A program made the position numbers and the translations under genes. From Ruditapes philippinarum (lineage: Eukaryota): a stretch of 64,000 nucleotides of DNA. The stretch is taken from the NCBI RefSeq assembly GCF_026571515.1, contig NW_026867305.1, positions 124,001 to 188,000 of the forward strand, read 5' to 3'. Under the pieces are notes generated by a model. The model saw only the letters and a list, made by a program, of their open reading frames with translations, searched no databases and was not told where the DNA came from. Shown piece by piece: positions 1 to 13,380 of the stretch (positions are counted from its first letter, which is position 1; each line of letters starts with the position of its first letter).

Positions 1-1280
1 GTCTATGTAAGAAATTCAAATTTTATTTTTCAGGCTGTTAGATGTCAGTGGACTTCCTTTAACAAAATATTACCTCCACAATTTAAATATCATTTCCGTC
101 AATATTCGTAATAGTTCTGTTACTTTTATCTTTCTTTCAAATCGTACTAAAAAATACAAATTACTTGTCTACGCATTATTCATATGAAATGATAGAAATT
201 ATGACGAACACTTTTAAAGTCTCTTGTTTCTATTTCCCCAGCTGTACCTAAATTTTATTAATATACATGTCTATAAAATTCAATATAAAACACAAAAAAA
301 ACACCTGATGCAAATTGAAACACCAAATTATTACAGCCACTGTTTGTAACCTCCAAAATATTAATACATTTTTGTGTTAATAGTGGCCAAAATTTAACTT
401 TAGGGTACTATTGTGTCCTTAATACATTCATAAAAACAATAATTACTTAAAGTATTTTCCACAGCACTTCAAACCATAAAGTATATCCAATACTTAGTAA
501 CTAACCACTCAAAAGTTACAAGACACGTGTTCAATTTATATAACTTGGTCCAAAAAACTCTAATTATAACTAATTACGCTGACGCACATGAACGCAAAAA
601 TATTAAACAACTATTCATTTCCAACAGTAACAAAACAAATGGATTTTTGTCCATTTGGCTTTGTGAGATAAAAGTTCCTATTCACGCACAAACATTGGAA
701 TTTCATAAATCTATACTTTCTAAAATACCAGAGCAAACATCGAATCCTTTTATGAAGACACTAAGTCAATACAATTGTAAAAAAGCACAGAAGATTATTC
801 ATTTCATTTAAATGAAAATATAGGTATTTAAATACAGAGAAAATTAAGTTTAAATTATCATATACTTATGTTTACCATGTATTGTTCTTTTGAAAAATGA
901 AACATGCCTATTTATTGTAAAATCGCGAGCGCTGGGCGATTTTGCTTTTGTGTTTTTTACATCGCTCACTAGATCTCATTTTTTGTTTGTAATTACGTAT
1001 CGTTCGATTTTTTTCTTGAATATAAAAAAGAAATACGATACTCAGGAGTTTTCCTAACCTGTCTACAAAGATTAAAGATACATCTTACTTCTTTTATTGA
1101 ACAATTTTACAATATAAATGATCAAGATTTTTTAAAATGGAAATGAAGAACACTTATTTTCGCATTAAAAGATCAAGTTTTAGATTGCAAAAATAGAGAG
1201 AGACATACATATTATCTCGCTATCCATGTAAAAAGGAGCTTTTTTTAACGTACATTACGTAAAATAGGTAAAAATGTAAG

Positions 1281-1770
1281 GGGGGATGTCTCTAGCCAAG
1301 TGGTTAAAGGAACTCCACAGATGTCCAAAAACCTAAATCATAAAATTTGAAGAGCTTACACGGAACAACTCGGGCAATTAAAACGGAAAGATAGTAAAGA
1401 AATATATTCAAAATTAAATTGAAAATCAATACTTAGTACTTTTCTTAACCCGATTTTAGTTAAAATCGTTTTTAAAAACGCTTTCATATTTAGGTCATAT
1501 TGCACGACAAAATGATAATTCTGAAAAAAAGCTGTGAGCAAATGATCTAAAATTGTGTACATAATTTATTGGTATCGATCTACAACAAATGGTTTAAAAA
1601 TCTAGAAAAATATTTCCTGTCCCATCATACCGAACAAAAAACCAGTGGAGTCCCTTTAAGGTGTTGGATTCTGAATCTACGTGGGTTCGAGCCTTATTAT
1701 GGCCACAACCATATTTTTCCAAATATCATCAGTACTGATTTAATTCTGGAAAGCGGGCTCCAAGGTCGAG
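1281..1770 (+). mobile_element. tRNA-derived SINE-like element, split by a DNA transposon insertion
   Basis: Removing 1308-1659 restores TAGCCAAGTGGTTAAGGTGTTGGATT...GGTTCGAGCC (Pol III box A and box B), followed by a SINE-like body (CAGTACTG...GGAAAGCGGGCTC). Confidence 0.65.
1308..1655. mobile_element. Non-autonomous TTAA-targeting DNA transposon (Kolobok-like MITE)
   Basis: TTAA at 1304-1307 and 1656-1659. Inverted termini AGGAACTCCAC / GTGGAGTCCCT. No ORF. Confidence 0.75.
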
Positions 1771-2883
1771 TCAGTATAACTTTTAAGGTAGAACTTATTG
1801 CTAAATATTTAAAACCCACGCTATACGTTAGAGTGTAATGGAAGTTTAAATAAACTACAAATTTTCTCCACATTCGAAAATATGATTTTTACAATAAAAC
1901 ACTTTAATTAATTAAAAATAATTGGGAAAAATATATATCATGTAAATAAATATGTATAATTTTAGTCCGTAAATAATGCTAAATAGTCTCTTACAATTCT
2001 ATTTTAGAATGGCTATATGTGCAATGTATATGCATATATTGTATGTATGATTTTATTAATTTTACAATGATTAGACTTAAATGAAAGATTTAACTTGAAA
2101 CATAATTTTTTTTAAAAAAAACTAAGAAGGAAATCCATACCGCCAGTTTTCAAAGACGAAGACTAATTTTCAGGAAAAAAATATGTTGTAGAAAAGAAAA
2201 GTCACTTACTTTACATTCCTCCGGGCGTAATCCCATAATTACTCTGAAATTTCTGAAGTCCTGTATATATGAATATACCCAAAGCGTCAAATCGACAATG
2301 TTTTGTTAAATTGAAGAATAGCTAATTCTTTAGTCAATACTTTATTGAGTATCGCATAGATAGTGATTACCGATTTAAAACTTTGACCACTAGAAAATCC
2401 ATCCGTAGGCGACTTAAATAAGATAAATATCCTTTTAATATTTAGTGGATCTATACCGGTAGATTTTTTTTTCTAGTTTTGTGAACGGAAAAAATGAAAT
2501 TTGCCAAAAAAAATGTACATGACATGCCAATGACGTAATAACATGTCAATTTGGTGCATGATTTCATGAACATGATTGTGTAAATTCTTGTTTAAGCTAT
2601 AGATCTGGTTTTGTTTAAACTACAGTTAATAGTTTTTTGTCCAAATTTTGTGAATTAATACAATGTACTTGCAAAATGCCTGTAGAAGAACATATTTAGC
2701 ATTACATATATCTTACTCTTAGGTTTCTTGCGGCAACTGGAAGTGCAGACCAAGATCCGCCGGCACATACTCTGCGCTAAGCAGTCAGTACTAATTTTGA
2801 AATTTCCCGAAAAGTAATTATTGGTTTTGTCTAGACTGAAAGATGGCAAATACATTTATTTCATTTATCTTGTAAGGGTACAG

Positions 2884-3043
2884 TATGGTGGCTGATTTGT
2901 GCTATGTATACTTTCGCTTCGCGAGGCGCCATGCGAAAATACGACCAATTCAATATATTGTCGTAATTTCGTTCTGCGTGGCAAACGGCGGAAACACGAT
3001 AATACGACAAAGTGGTTAAGCGACGTGGTACAAATCAGCCATA
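2884..3043. mobile_element. Short MITE
   Basis: Imperfect inverted termini TATGGTGGCTGATTTGTGC / GTACAAATCAGCCATA around a CpG-rich interior. Confidence 0.55.
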
Positions 3044-3057
3044 GTTAAGAATTCAAC

Positions 3058-3557
3058 ACAAGTCCTCTTGTGCATCAAATGTATGCTATGATAGAGAACT
3101 GCTGTGTTCAAGTCAACTTTTGGAATACTTTCTGTTTTGATTTCTCAAATGCTGAAAGTTTCTTTTTTTGTTGTATTTAATGCTAAAACGTTTCTATTTT
3201 GTTGTGTTAAATGCTAAAAAAAAGTTTCTGTTTTGTTGTCTTAAATGTTATAAAAAGGTTTCTGTGTTGTTGTGTTTAATGCTAAATAAACGTTTCTGTT
3301 TTGTTGTGTTAAATGCTAAAAAATAACGTTTATGTTATGTTGTGTTAATATTTCAAATACGAACGGGTACCTGAGTAGAACCACCGAAATTCCGTAAGCA
3401 ACCTGGATAGTTTCCTTACCTGAAAGGATCCAAAGTCCCTGTCGGGATTCGAACCCACAACGGTGAGGGGCAAGTGTTTTTTTACATTGGTAATAATATC
3501 AACATCTTTTATAATTATAACGCTTTGTAACATTGATTTGAGTCAAAGAGGACTTGT
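3058..3557. mobile_element. TIR-bounded non-autonomous element with internal ~30-35 bp tandem repeats and a SINE fragment
   Basis: 12-bp perfect inverted repeat ACAAGTCCTCTT / AAGAGGACTTGT. AATGCTAAAA..GTTTCTGTTTTGTTGTGTT repeats at ~3148-3346. Confidence 0.45.
3350..3476 (-). mobile_element. tRNA-derived SINE fragment (same family as 40779-41019)
   Basis: Minus strand reads CACTTGCCCCTCACCGTTGTGGGTTCGAATCCC (box B), matching the copy at 40.8 kb. Confidence 0.7.
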
Positions 3558-4633
3558 CAAGTTGTCATTATTGATTATTTGATATTATGTGTCCTAAATT
3601 ATTCATTCTTTCTATATTTTATCAACTTTAAAAAAAAATCTTCGATGAACATTGTTGTTTTTTTTCCTATACTGTATTATTTATCATATGATGGGCTGGT
3701 GGCCTGAAGCATTTTGTAAATTAAAGTTGAATAACTGAGTTACATTTCTATGTTTACATTTATCTTAAAGCATGAAAGTATTTTTAAACATAATATTGAT
3801 GACACAAAATAATAGTGAATCGGGTAGAATTGGGTTATTTGTATTATTATATAGATACTGCAATGATAATTAACCTAATATACAGCTCAAATTTTGACCA
3901 AAGTGTTACTGCATTCGATGTAGCTATTAAAAGCACCATAGAAATAAGTGAAATTAAAAAAAATAGGGTTTTTGACCGTTTTGAATAACGCAATGTCATC
4001 TAAAGCACGACAAGTTCGTAAAAACGAAAATACATTAAAATTAATCTTTTTAAGAGTTATATATCTTTTATGTAAACATGAAAACGGTTAGTTGGATAAA
4101 CAACTTATTAAAATACCTTTCATCAAGTCTCTATTTCTGATAATACCCTTTAAATTTGAAAAACATGTAAAACTTGTAATTTTAAGTATTTGATAAACTA
4201 TGTGTATGCGAGAAAATAAGATGATTTTAGAGGTATGTTAATGGATTAAGGTCACAGTTATTCAAATACTATCGGGTTTTGTTTATGTATTATTATACCT
4301 AAAATTATTAATGCGTTCACTGGCTGACTTGTTATTATATACTGTCAGTGAATGTGAAATTTATTAATTGATTTAACCCTGACATAAAGATATTTCAGTC
4401 AGGATATACATTTTGTATAAAACAATTTATGGCGGTTTTGATATTGTACGATTGTAATTTAACATTAAACCTGTCGGAATTGCAGTCAATTAAGTCAGCC
4501 TGTATATCTTAAGTTGATAATGGACTGTTCCAAAATCTGGAAGCTGGACAAGTCCATTCAATAAATTCAGGAGGTTTAGGGTTGATTGTCAACATTAGGA
4601 AGATAACACGAAGATCGTATTCAATTAGTCATT

Positions 4634-4770
4634 TGAGCCGCGTCACGACAAAACCAACATAATGGGTTTGCGACCAGCATGGATCCAGACCAGCCTGCGC
4701 ATCCGCGCAGTCTGATCAGGATCCATGCTGTTCGCTATCAGTTTCTCTACATGTAATAGGGTTGGTAAGC
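4634..4770. mobile_element. Truncated copy of palindromic MITE (family of 11931-12154)
   Basis: TGAGCCGCGTCACGACAAAACCAACATAATGGGTTTGCGACCAGCATGGATCC is near-identical to the left arm at 11931. The right arm is absent. Confidence 0.8.
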
Positions 4771-5733
4771 CATCTCCTAATGGATTTACAAAACTACAGT
4801 ATGACAGTATTATGTGACTTGCTTTAAATCACAATAATTCTGATTTGAAATCCTGATAATTATAAGTAATTAAAGTGTAACTGTTTCTTACATCTAATTG
4901 TAACTTATAGAACAAAAAATAAACAAAGAAAAGAAGATTGATATTAATAATACAAGACCGCATCATTTAGCTAAATAGAATTAAGGAGAAATAGATTTAC
5001 ATGAAGACAGAAAGAAATATAATTAGGAAGAAACTTATAGAAGAAGTAACTAAAATATGGATCTTATTTTCTTGTTAGAATATGTAAATCAGAGTATATA
5101 TCCGTAATGCAGGAGTTTTAAAATAGCACAGGAATCGTGCAATTGTTACCGTGAATCTTTGTGGTACGGGTATATGCCCGGAACGAAACAAATGTTTGTG
5201 TGAATGGACCAAAAAGAAAAAAAAAAGTTGAAATATATGAAAAAGCGCATTTTGATTGGATATCGTAGTTAAATCTCAATTCTATGAAAAAAATACTTTG
5301 ACTTCTTGAGAAAACAAAATGTTAACCTATATAACGATTAAAAATAAGAATGATACTTTGTAAGGGACACAACTCATGTATTACTAAACAGTGCCGTCAT
5401 ACTATTGTATGCTTTGTAACTCTGATTAAATTGTTTTGCGAAAATGTGTCACGCTTCTATTCTTTATTACCCAACGTCATATGATATTGAATAGGAAAAA
5501 CCAAGTTACACACATTCGTCTCGGGTCTGTAGTTTGATACACTGTTCGTGATAAATATGATTTAGCAATACTTTAACGTAAGGCAATATTTTGTACTTTT
5601 ATTCAAATTTCCATTTTTTTTAAATATCCGGGGAAGCCCCTGTTTATAGTTGTTTGATATACTGCTCGTGATAAATTCGATTTAGTTATACTTTAATCTA
5701 GTCAAATTTAAGGCAGCATTTTGTAAGCTTATT

Positions 5734-6088
5734 NNNNNNNNNNNNNNNNNNNNNNNNNNNNNNNNNNNNNNNNNNNNNNNNNNNNNNNNNNNNNNNNNNN
5801 NNNNNNNNNNNNNNNNNNNNNNNNNNNNNNNNNNNNNNNNNNNNNNNNNNNNNNNNNNNNNNNNNNNNNNNNNNNNNNNNNNNNNNNNNNNNNNNNNNNN
5901 NNNNNNNNNNNNNNNNNNNNNNNNNNNNNNNNNNNNNNNNNNNNNNNNNNNNNNNNNNNNNNNNNNNNNNNNNNNNNNNNNNNNNNNNNNNNNNNNNNNN
6001 NNNNNNNNNNNNNNNNNNNNNNNNNNNNNNNNNNNNNNNNNNNNNNNNNNNNNNNNNNNNNNNNNNNNNNNNNNNNNNNNNNNNNNNN
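5734..6088. other. Assembly gap
   Basis: Run of N, preceded by two copies of a ~120-bp repeat (5530-5733). Confidence 0.99.
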
Positions 6089-6280
6089 AATGTAGTTACG
6101 ACTCAAGTCCTATATCTTTACTTAGCTATTGGAAAACTCATTTAAAAATAGCCCATTCAAACAAGTATTGCAAATTTTAGAACGGAAAATTCCATTACAT
6201 CATATATAACTCGAAAGTAACTTAACTTTTGCAAGTAAAGTTCATGAAAATCATTTACAACAAAGGATATATAAATTATC

Positions 6281-9200
6281 ATGAAGACAACAAACAAGTC
6301 GGATATCAAAGATCAAGTTCGGCAAAGGCGTAGTACTTCGGACAAACCGAAAGTGTCTGAGGAGGAATTTCGTTCAGAAAAATATAGCAAAACGAAACCA
6401 AGGGCTTCAAATGGAGTGGAAACAAGTAAATCAACGGGTTCAATACCAAAATATATTAAGATTACCTGTTTAGTTTTTACGGTTATTGTTATTTTAGCAT
6501 TCACTGCAAACACGAAGGGCGTAACAGAGAATTTTGAGTACATAAGAAGCGTGCTTACAGGTAAAAATGTTTTTATTAATATCTTGCCAAGCATTATATA
6601 TGGTCTTGTCCATCTTTCAATTAAATTATGACCATTTATCATTTGTAAGAAAAATTTCAGAAGTAGTGAACAGACTGTGCAGATTATGATCCTTGTCTGC
6701 ACTGGTCGCATTGTTAGGACCTATTACCAACGGCATGTCTGCACTGGTCGAATTGTTAAGATCTATTACCAAGGGCTGGTCTGCACTGGTCGCAAAGTTA
6801 GGATCTGTTACCAAGGGCTGGTCTGCACTGGTCGCATAGTTACAATCTGTTACCAATGGCGTGTCTGCACTGGTCGTATAGTAAAGATCTATTACCAAGG
6901 GCTTGTCTGCACTGGTCGCATAGTTAGAATCTTTTACCAAGGGCTTGACAGTACGGGTCTTATAGTTAGGATCTATTACAAAGGGCTTGTCTGCAAGGGT
7001 GGCATAGTTTGAATCTGTTACCAAGGGCTTGTCTGCACTGGTTGCATAGTTAGAATCTGTTACCAAGGGCTTGTCTGCACTGGTCGCATAGTTAGGATCT
7101 GTTACCAAGGGCTTGTCTGCACTGGTCGTATAGTTAGAATCTGTTACCAAGGGCTTGTCTGCACTGGTCGCATAGTTAGGATCTGTTACCAAGGGCTTGT
7201 CTGCACTGGTCGCATTGTTAGGATCTGTAACCAAGGACTGGTCTGCACTGGTCGCATAGTAAGGATCTGTTACCAAGGGCTTGTCTGCACGGGTTGCATA
7301 GTTAGGATCTGTTACCAAGGGCTGGTCTGCACGGGTCGTATAGTTAGGATCTGTTACCATGTGCTTGTCCACACTTGAAGACCGAGGGCTTGTCTGCACT
7401 GGTCGCATTGTTAGGATCTATTACCGAGGCCTTGTCTGCACTGGTCGCATAGTAAGGATCTGTTACAAAGGACTTGTCTGCACTGGTCGCATTGCTAGGA
7501 TCTGTTACCAAGGGCTGGTCTGCACTGGTCGTTTAGTTAGGATCTATTACCACTATTTCCAAAGACTTGTATGCACTGGTCGCATTGTTAGGATCTGTTA
7601 CCAATGGCTGGTCTGCACTGGTCGTATAGTAAGGATCTATTACCACTATTACCAAAGACTTGTCTGCACTTGTCGCATTGTTAGGATCTATTACCAAGGG
7701 CTTGTTTGCACTGATTGCATAGTTATGATCTGTTACCAAGGACTTGTCTGCACTGGTCGCATAGTAAGGATCTGTTACCAAGGACTTGTCTGCACTGGTC
7801 GCGTTGTTAGGATCTGTTACCACGGACTTGTCTGCACTGGTTGCATTGTTAGGATCTGTTACCAAGGACTTGTCTGCACTGGTTGCATTGTTTGGATCTG
7901 TTACCAAGGGCTGGTCTGCACTGGTCGTATAGTTAGGATCTATTACCACTATTACCAAAGACTTGTCTGCACTTGTCGCATTGTTTGGATCTATTACCAA
8001 GGACTTGTTTGCACTGGTCGCATTGTTAGGATCTGTTACCAAAGACTTGTCTGCACTTGTCGCATTGTAAGGATCTATTACCAAGAACTTGTCTGCACTG
8101 GTCGCATTGTTAGGATCTGTTACCAAGGACTTGTCTGCACTGGTCGCATTGTTTGGATCTGTTACCAAGGGCTGGTCTGCACTGGTCGTATAGTTAGGAT
8201 CTATTACCACTATTACCAAAGACTTGTCTGCACTTGTCGCATTGTTTGGATCTATTACCAAGGACTTGTTTGCACTGGTCGCATTGTTAGGATCTGTTAC
8301 CAAAGACTTGTCTGCACTTGTCGCATTGTTAGGATCTATTACCAAGGACTTGTCTGCACTGGTCGCATTGTTAGGATCTGTTACCAAGGGCTTGTCTGCA
8401 CTTGTCGCATTGTTAGGATCTGTTACCAAGGGCTGGTCTGCACTGGTCGCATTGTTAGGATCTATTACCAAGGGCTTGTCTGCACTGGTCGCATTGTTAG
8501 GATCTGTTACCAAGGGCTGGTCTGCACTTGTCGCATTGTTAGGATCTATTACCAAGGACTTGTCTGCACTGGTCGCATTGTTAGGATCTATTACCAAGGG
8601 CTTGTCTGCACTGGTCGCATTGTTAGGATCTGTTACCACGGACTTGTCTGCACTGGTCGCGTTGTTAGGATCTGTTACCAAGGGCTTGTTTGCACTGGTC
8701 GCATTGTTAGGATCTGTTACCAAGGGCTGGTCTGCACTGGTCGCATTGTAAGGATCTGTTACCAAGGACTTGTCTGCACTGGTCGCATTGTTAGGATCTG
8801 TTACCAAGGGTTGGTCTGCACTGGTCGTATAGTTAGGATCTATTACCACTATTACCAAAGACTTGTCTGCACTTGTCGCATTGTTAAGATCTATTACCAA
8901 GGACTTGTCTGCACTTGTCGCATTGTTAGGATCTATTACCAAGGACTTGTCTGCACTGGTCGCATTGTTAGGATCTATTACCAAGGACTTGTCTGCACTT
9001 GTCGCATTGTTAGGATCTATTACCAAGGACTTGTCTGCACTGGTCGCATTGTTAGGATCTGTAACCAAGGACTTGTCTGCACTTGTCGCGTTGTTAGGAT
9101 CGGTTACCACGGACTTGTCTGCACTGGACGCATTGTTAGGATCTATTACCAAGGGCTTGTTTGCACTGGGCGCATAGATAGGATCTATTACCAAGGGCTT

Positions 9201-10654
9201 GTCTGCACTGGTCGCATAGTTAGGATCTGTTACCAAGAGCTTGTCTGCACTGGTCGCATAGTTAGAATCTGTTACCAAGGGCTGGTCTGCACTGGTCGCA
9301 TAGTTAGGATCTGTTACCAAGGGCTGGTCTGCACTGGTCGCATAGTTAGGATCTGTTACCAAGAGCTTGTCTGCACTGGTCGCATAGTTAGGATCTGTTA
9401 CCAAGAGCTTGTCTGCACTGGTCGCATAGTTAGGATCTGTAACCAAGGACTTGTCTGCACTTGTCGCGTTGTTAGGATCTGTTACCACGGACTTGTCTGC
9501 ACTGGTCGCATAGTTAGGATCTGTTACCAAGAGCTTGACTGCACTGGTCGCATAGTTAGGATCTGTTACCAAGAGCTTGTCTGCACTGGTCGTATAGTTT
9601 GGATCTGTTACCAAGAGCTTGTCTGCGCTGGTCGTATAGTTAAGATCTGTTACCAAGGGCTTGAGCAGCTTTGAATTTCCAACAATCCATTGTTAATATG
9701 AGGGTTTAAAATCAAAATATTGAAAAACAAACAGTTTAGAGTCTGGTCAGACTATAAAGACGTGTTATCTGGTCGGACTCGTCAAAAAGCTATCACTGAG
9801 AAGTCTAGTTTCTAAAGGTCTTTCATTCAGTTACCATCTATAGATATTTTGGAAATGATTGTGGAAAATGTGTGTTGATTTTTCGACAACATTAAGGTGA
9901 TTTTTAAAATCTTAATAAATCCTATTTTTAATGAAATGAGCTAGTAAACTTTAATGCATTTGTGTCAATAGAAAACAATAGTAAAATTGAAACAATAATT
10001 AAATTTATAGCTTACGAAATGTGGGTTTTTTCAGGCAAAGACGACTGTTTAAGTTATCCATGCATTAACGGTGGAGAGTGTGTCGATAAGATAGGAGGCT
10101 ATGAGTGTTCATGTAAGGAATGGTACACCGGGAAAAACTGCGAGACTTGTAAGTTTGTTACACCTATATCAGTGATCCTAGACTAAGAGTTTATCAACAT
10201 CTCTGTTTCTTTTATTATTCGAAATATTCTTGCTATTGCGAAAAATGTTAATCGGACAATTTTAGAAAGTTAAAATTCAACAACAAAAAATAATGTACAT
10301 TTTGTATCTAGATTTTTAATAAATTCCTGATTGAATCAATTTTTAAGTCTCATTTTCCCCCCTTAAATATGTCTCTATGAGCCTCTTCTAATGCAATGAC
10401 GTTACAATTGGGGATATATATGGATGTGTCTTTCTTTGTTTCTTTCTTCGTTTCTTTCTTTCTTCTTTTCTCTCTCCAGTGATATACTGTAATGATATGC
10501 TTTATCGTATTTCTATTTTTATATAGGTATTCCGTGTGTAAATCATCAGTGTAAAAACGGAGCATATTGCGTTCCACAACGTGACGGAAGTTACCGCTGT
10601 TCATGTCCACCTCACATTGCTGGAAGATTCTGTGAAATTAACGAAAGATACTGA
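6281..10654 (+). CDS. Gene A: type II membrane protein with two EGF-like domains (~173 aa, 3 exons)
   Basis: Exons 6281-6560 (charged tail + [18 protein letters not shown]), 10035-10148 ([38 protein letters not shown]) and 10527-10654 ([42 protein letters not shown]). All junctions are GT-AG, phase 1, total 522 nt. The EGF exon sizes (114, 128) equal those of paralog B1. Confidence 0.85.
6690..9663. repeat. 42-bp minisatellite (~70 units) in intron 1 of gene A
   Basis: Unit ~CCAAGGGCTTGTCTGCACTGGTCGCATAGTTAGGATCTGTTA. It explains the 14-aa periodic ORFs on both strands. A recurrent 9-bp insertion marks higher-order units. Confidence 0.97.
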
Positions 10655-10865
10655 TAATAAAGTTCCCTCATATAACTGAACCGATGAAGTATGTGGTGTT
10701 TCTCAATAGACAATGGAAATAAAAATCCTTCATATTTTATATGCGGTAAATTTTGTGAAATTATACATAGACGCTGAGAGTGTTAATCATTTGAGCGTTG
10801 ACAATGACAGTGCACGCCCTTCACTTTATGTAAGTACAAGTCCTTCGCTTTATCTAAGTACACGT

Positions 10866-11592
10866 CCTCCACTTTATTTAGCAAATGAATTTGTGAAAAT
10901 AGCTATAGACAATGAGAGTAATTCACCTTATTTAACTAGTGCATTTGTGAAATTTTCCATTAACAATGAAAGTTCTTCACTTTATTTAGCTAGTGAACTT
11001 GTGAAAGTATCTATTGACAATGAAAGTACTTCATTTTATTTATCTAGTGAACTTGTGAAAGTATCTATTGACAATAAAAGTATTTCACTTTATTTAGCTA
11101 GTGAACTTGTGAAATTATCCATTGACAATAAAAGTACTTCACTTTATTTAGCTAGTGAATTTGTGAAATTATCCATTGACAATGAAAGTACTTCACTTTA
11201 TTTAGCTAGTGAACTTGTGAAAGTATCTATTGACAATGAAAGTACTTCACTTTATTTAGCTAGTGAACTTGTGAAGTTATCTATTGACAATGAAAGTACT
11301 TCACTTTATTTAGCTAGTGAACTTGTGAAATTATCTATTGACAATGAAAGTACTTCACTTTATTTAGCTAGTGAACTTGTGAAAGTATCCATTGACAATG
11401 AAAGTACTTCACTTTATTAAGCTAGTTAACTTGTGATAGTATCTATTTGCAATGAAAGTACTTCACTTTATTTAGCTAGTGTATTTATGAAATTATCAAT
11501 TGACAATGAAAGTACTTCACTTTATTAAGCTAGTGAATTTATGAAATTATCCATTGACAATGAAAGTACTTCACTTTACTTAGCTAGTGTAT
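10866..11592. repeat. 54-bp minisatellite (~13 units) 3' of gene A
   Basis: Unit TTATTTAGCTAGTGAACTTGTGAAATTATCCATTGACAATGAAAGTACTTCACT. It explains the 18-aa periodic ORF at 10713-11420. Confidence 0.95.
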
Positions 11593-11930
11593 TTGTTTGT
11601 TATATTCATTGTGAGAATTGTAATTTATGAATATATGTTTTGTTAATTTGTTGATATTTGTATGACGATGTATACGTGCACAAGTCCAAAAAAATAATAA
11701 CAAAAAGTATCTTCTCTTTATTTTTTTCTTTTGTGCGTAAATATTGATTAGTTTGAAAGCGGCAATGCATAAAATGTGGAAACTATAAACACACTGCCAG
11801 AAAATCATACTAGTTAAAGATATATATTTTAATTGTTTCGAAAATGTACGGATATGCAATTAAAGAAGCTAGTTTAACAACATTTTAAACTCATAACGTA
11901 TCATCAATTCAGTAAATGAATTAACATAAT

Positions 11931-12154
11931 TGAGCCGCGTCATGACAAAACCAACATAATGGGTTTGCGACCAGCATGGATCCAGGCCAGCCTGCGCATT
12001 CGCGATCTATGTTGTTCGCTATCAGTTTCTTTACTTGTTATAGGGTCTGTAAGCGAACAACATGGATCCTGATCAGACTGCGCGGATGCGCAGGCTGGTC
12101 TGGATCCATGCTGGTCGCAAACAAATTATATTGGTTTTGTCATGACGCGGCTCA
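11931..12154. mobile_element. Full-length palindromic MITE
   Basis: Long inverted arms TGAGCCGCGTCATGACAAAACCAA... / ...TTGGTTTTGTCATGACGCGGCTCA. A second copy is at 4634. Confidence 0.9.
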
Positions 12155-12696
12155 ATTATTATTTTTAAGGCAAATTATGCCTCAGAAACATATGATTTTT
12201 TACATCTTCTTCTTCAGGAAGGAGAAACATAAATTTATAAACGTTTAGATATGGGTTTAATAATGGTTTTTATTGACAGGTAGTAACAAGACAAAAAAAC
12301 ATTCACTTTAACCAAAGTATCCCATGTAAGTAAGGTCATATGTAATGTGAAATGGCATTGAGCGGAAGGACTAATTTTTTATTCGAAATTACGTTGATTG
12401 TGTGACATTTAAAGTGTTTCTTTGATGCACCTGTTGCATTTATAACTCTCTCATCTTGAGAAAATATAACAAATGAAAGTTTGAAAACATATGCTTTACT
12501 TATATAGAAATAAAGGCAGATTAAAAACTAAATAGAATTTGTTTAAACTTTGAATGAGCTTAGATCAAAAGCAATTGTGGAAATATGACAACAGTTACTG
12601 TATACAACACCACACTTTTACACTGCTGGAACCGAAAGGTAAATTACCAGGAAAGCCAGGCTACACATCCGTGCAAACTGAATCTGCGCTGTACGT

Positions 12697-12950
12697 TTGG
12701 CTACTGTACTTTTGGCTACAGTACTTATGGCTACTGTACTTATGGCTACAGTACTTATGGCTACTGTACTTATGGCTACAGTACTTATGGCTACTGTACT
12801 TTTGGCTACTGTACTTATGGCTACTGTACTTATGGCTACTGTACTTATGGCTACAGTACTTATGGCTACTGTACTTTTGGCTACTGTATTTATGGCTACT
12901 GTACTTATGGCAACTGTACTTTTGGCTACTGTACTTATGGCAACTGTACT
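12697..12950. repeat. 15-bp minisatellite (GGCTACTGTACTTAT)~17
   Basis: Direct inspection. It is stop-free in all three + frames. Confidence 0.95.
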
Positions 12951-13271
12951 AACTAACTTTAGAAATTGCTATCTTGATATTCGCAGATTTATAGACAGTT
13001 CTAATAACATTGAAGCATGAAAAGTGCATTTTACAAATTGAGCAGATTAGGCTTGCAAAATATGTACAGTCATACAAGTGCCAAAATTGTCGGCTGCTAA
13101 ATTTAATCCTTTTAAGTAGGGTAAGTCGAATGCGTACTTCAGCAAACATGCCCCCCATGTTAATATTTGCAAACGAAGTGTGAAATGTGTATCTCCCATG
13201 TTTAATGCATATAAAACTTTTTGAAACGTTTATGTTTTGCAAAATTAAGATAATTCTGTTATATAAATAGA

Positions 13272-13380
13272 ATGAAATGTAGGAAAACTTTAAACTCAAA
13301 ATTTTCCAAGAAATTATATGAGTATGATCATTTATAATTTCTTGGACAATTTTGAGTTAAAAGTTTCTCCTACATTTCAT
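13272..13380. repeat. Long imperfect palindrome (foldback)
   Basis: ATGAAATGTAGGAAAACTTTAAACTCAAAATTTTCCAAGAAATTATA pairs with TATAATTTCTTGGACAATTTTGAGTTAAAAGTTTCTCCTACATTTCAT. Confidence 0.8.

Noticed and set aside
7359-9674. 771-aa Cys-rich ORF, plus overlapping 707-aa, 260-aa and 175-aa ORFs
   Set aside because: These are products of a 42-bp (multiple of 3) repeat that is open in several frames on both strands. Each frame has stops or shifts, and the array is intronic to gene A.
10713-11420. 235-aa ORF with 18-aa repeats
   Set aside because: It is a 54-bp minisatellite. The array continues past the stop and has no domain similarity.
6690-12950. CRISPR-like appearance of regular repeats
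   Set aside because: There are no unique spacers or cas genes, and the context is eukaryotic and spliced.
12554-13020. GYCTY / WLLYL / MATVL repeat ORFs resembling Gly-Tyr-Cys structural proteins
   Set aside because: A 15-bp repeat open in all three frames, with no signal peptide or supported exon structure.
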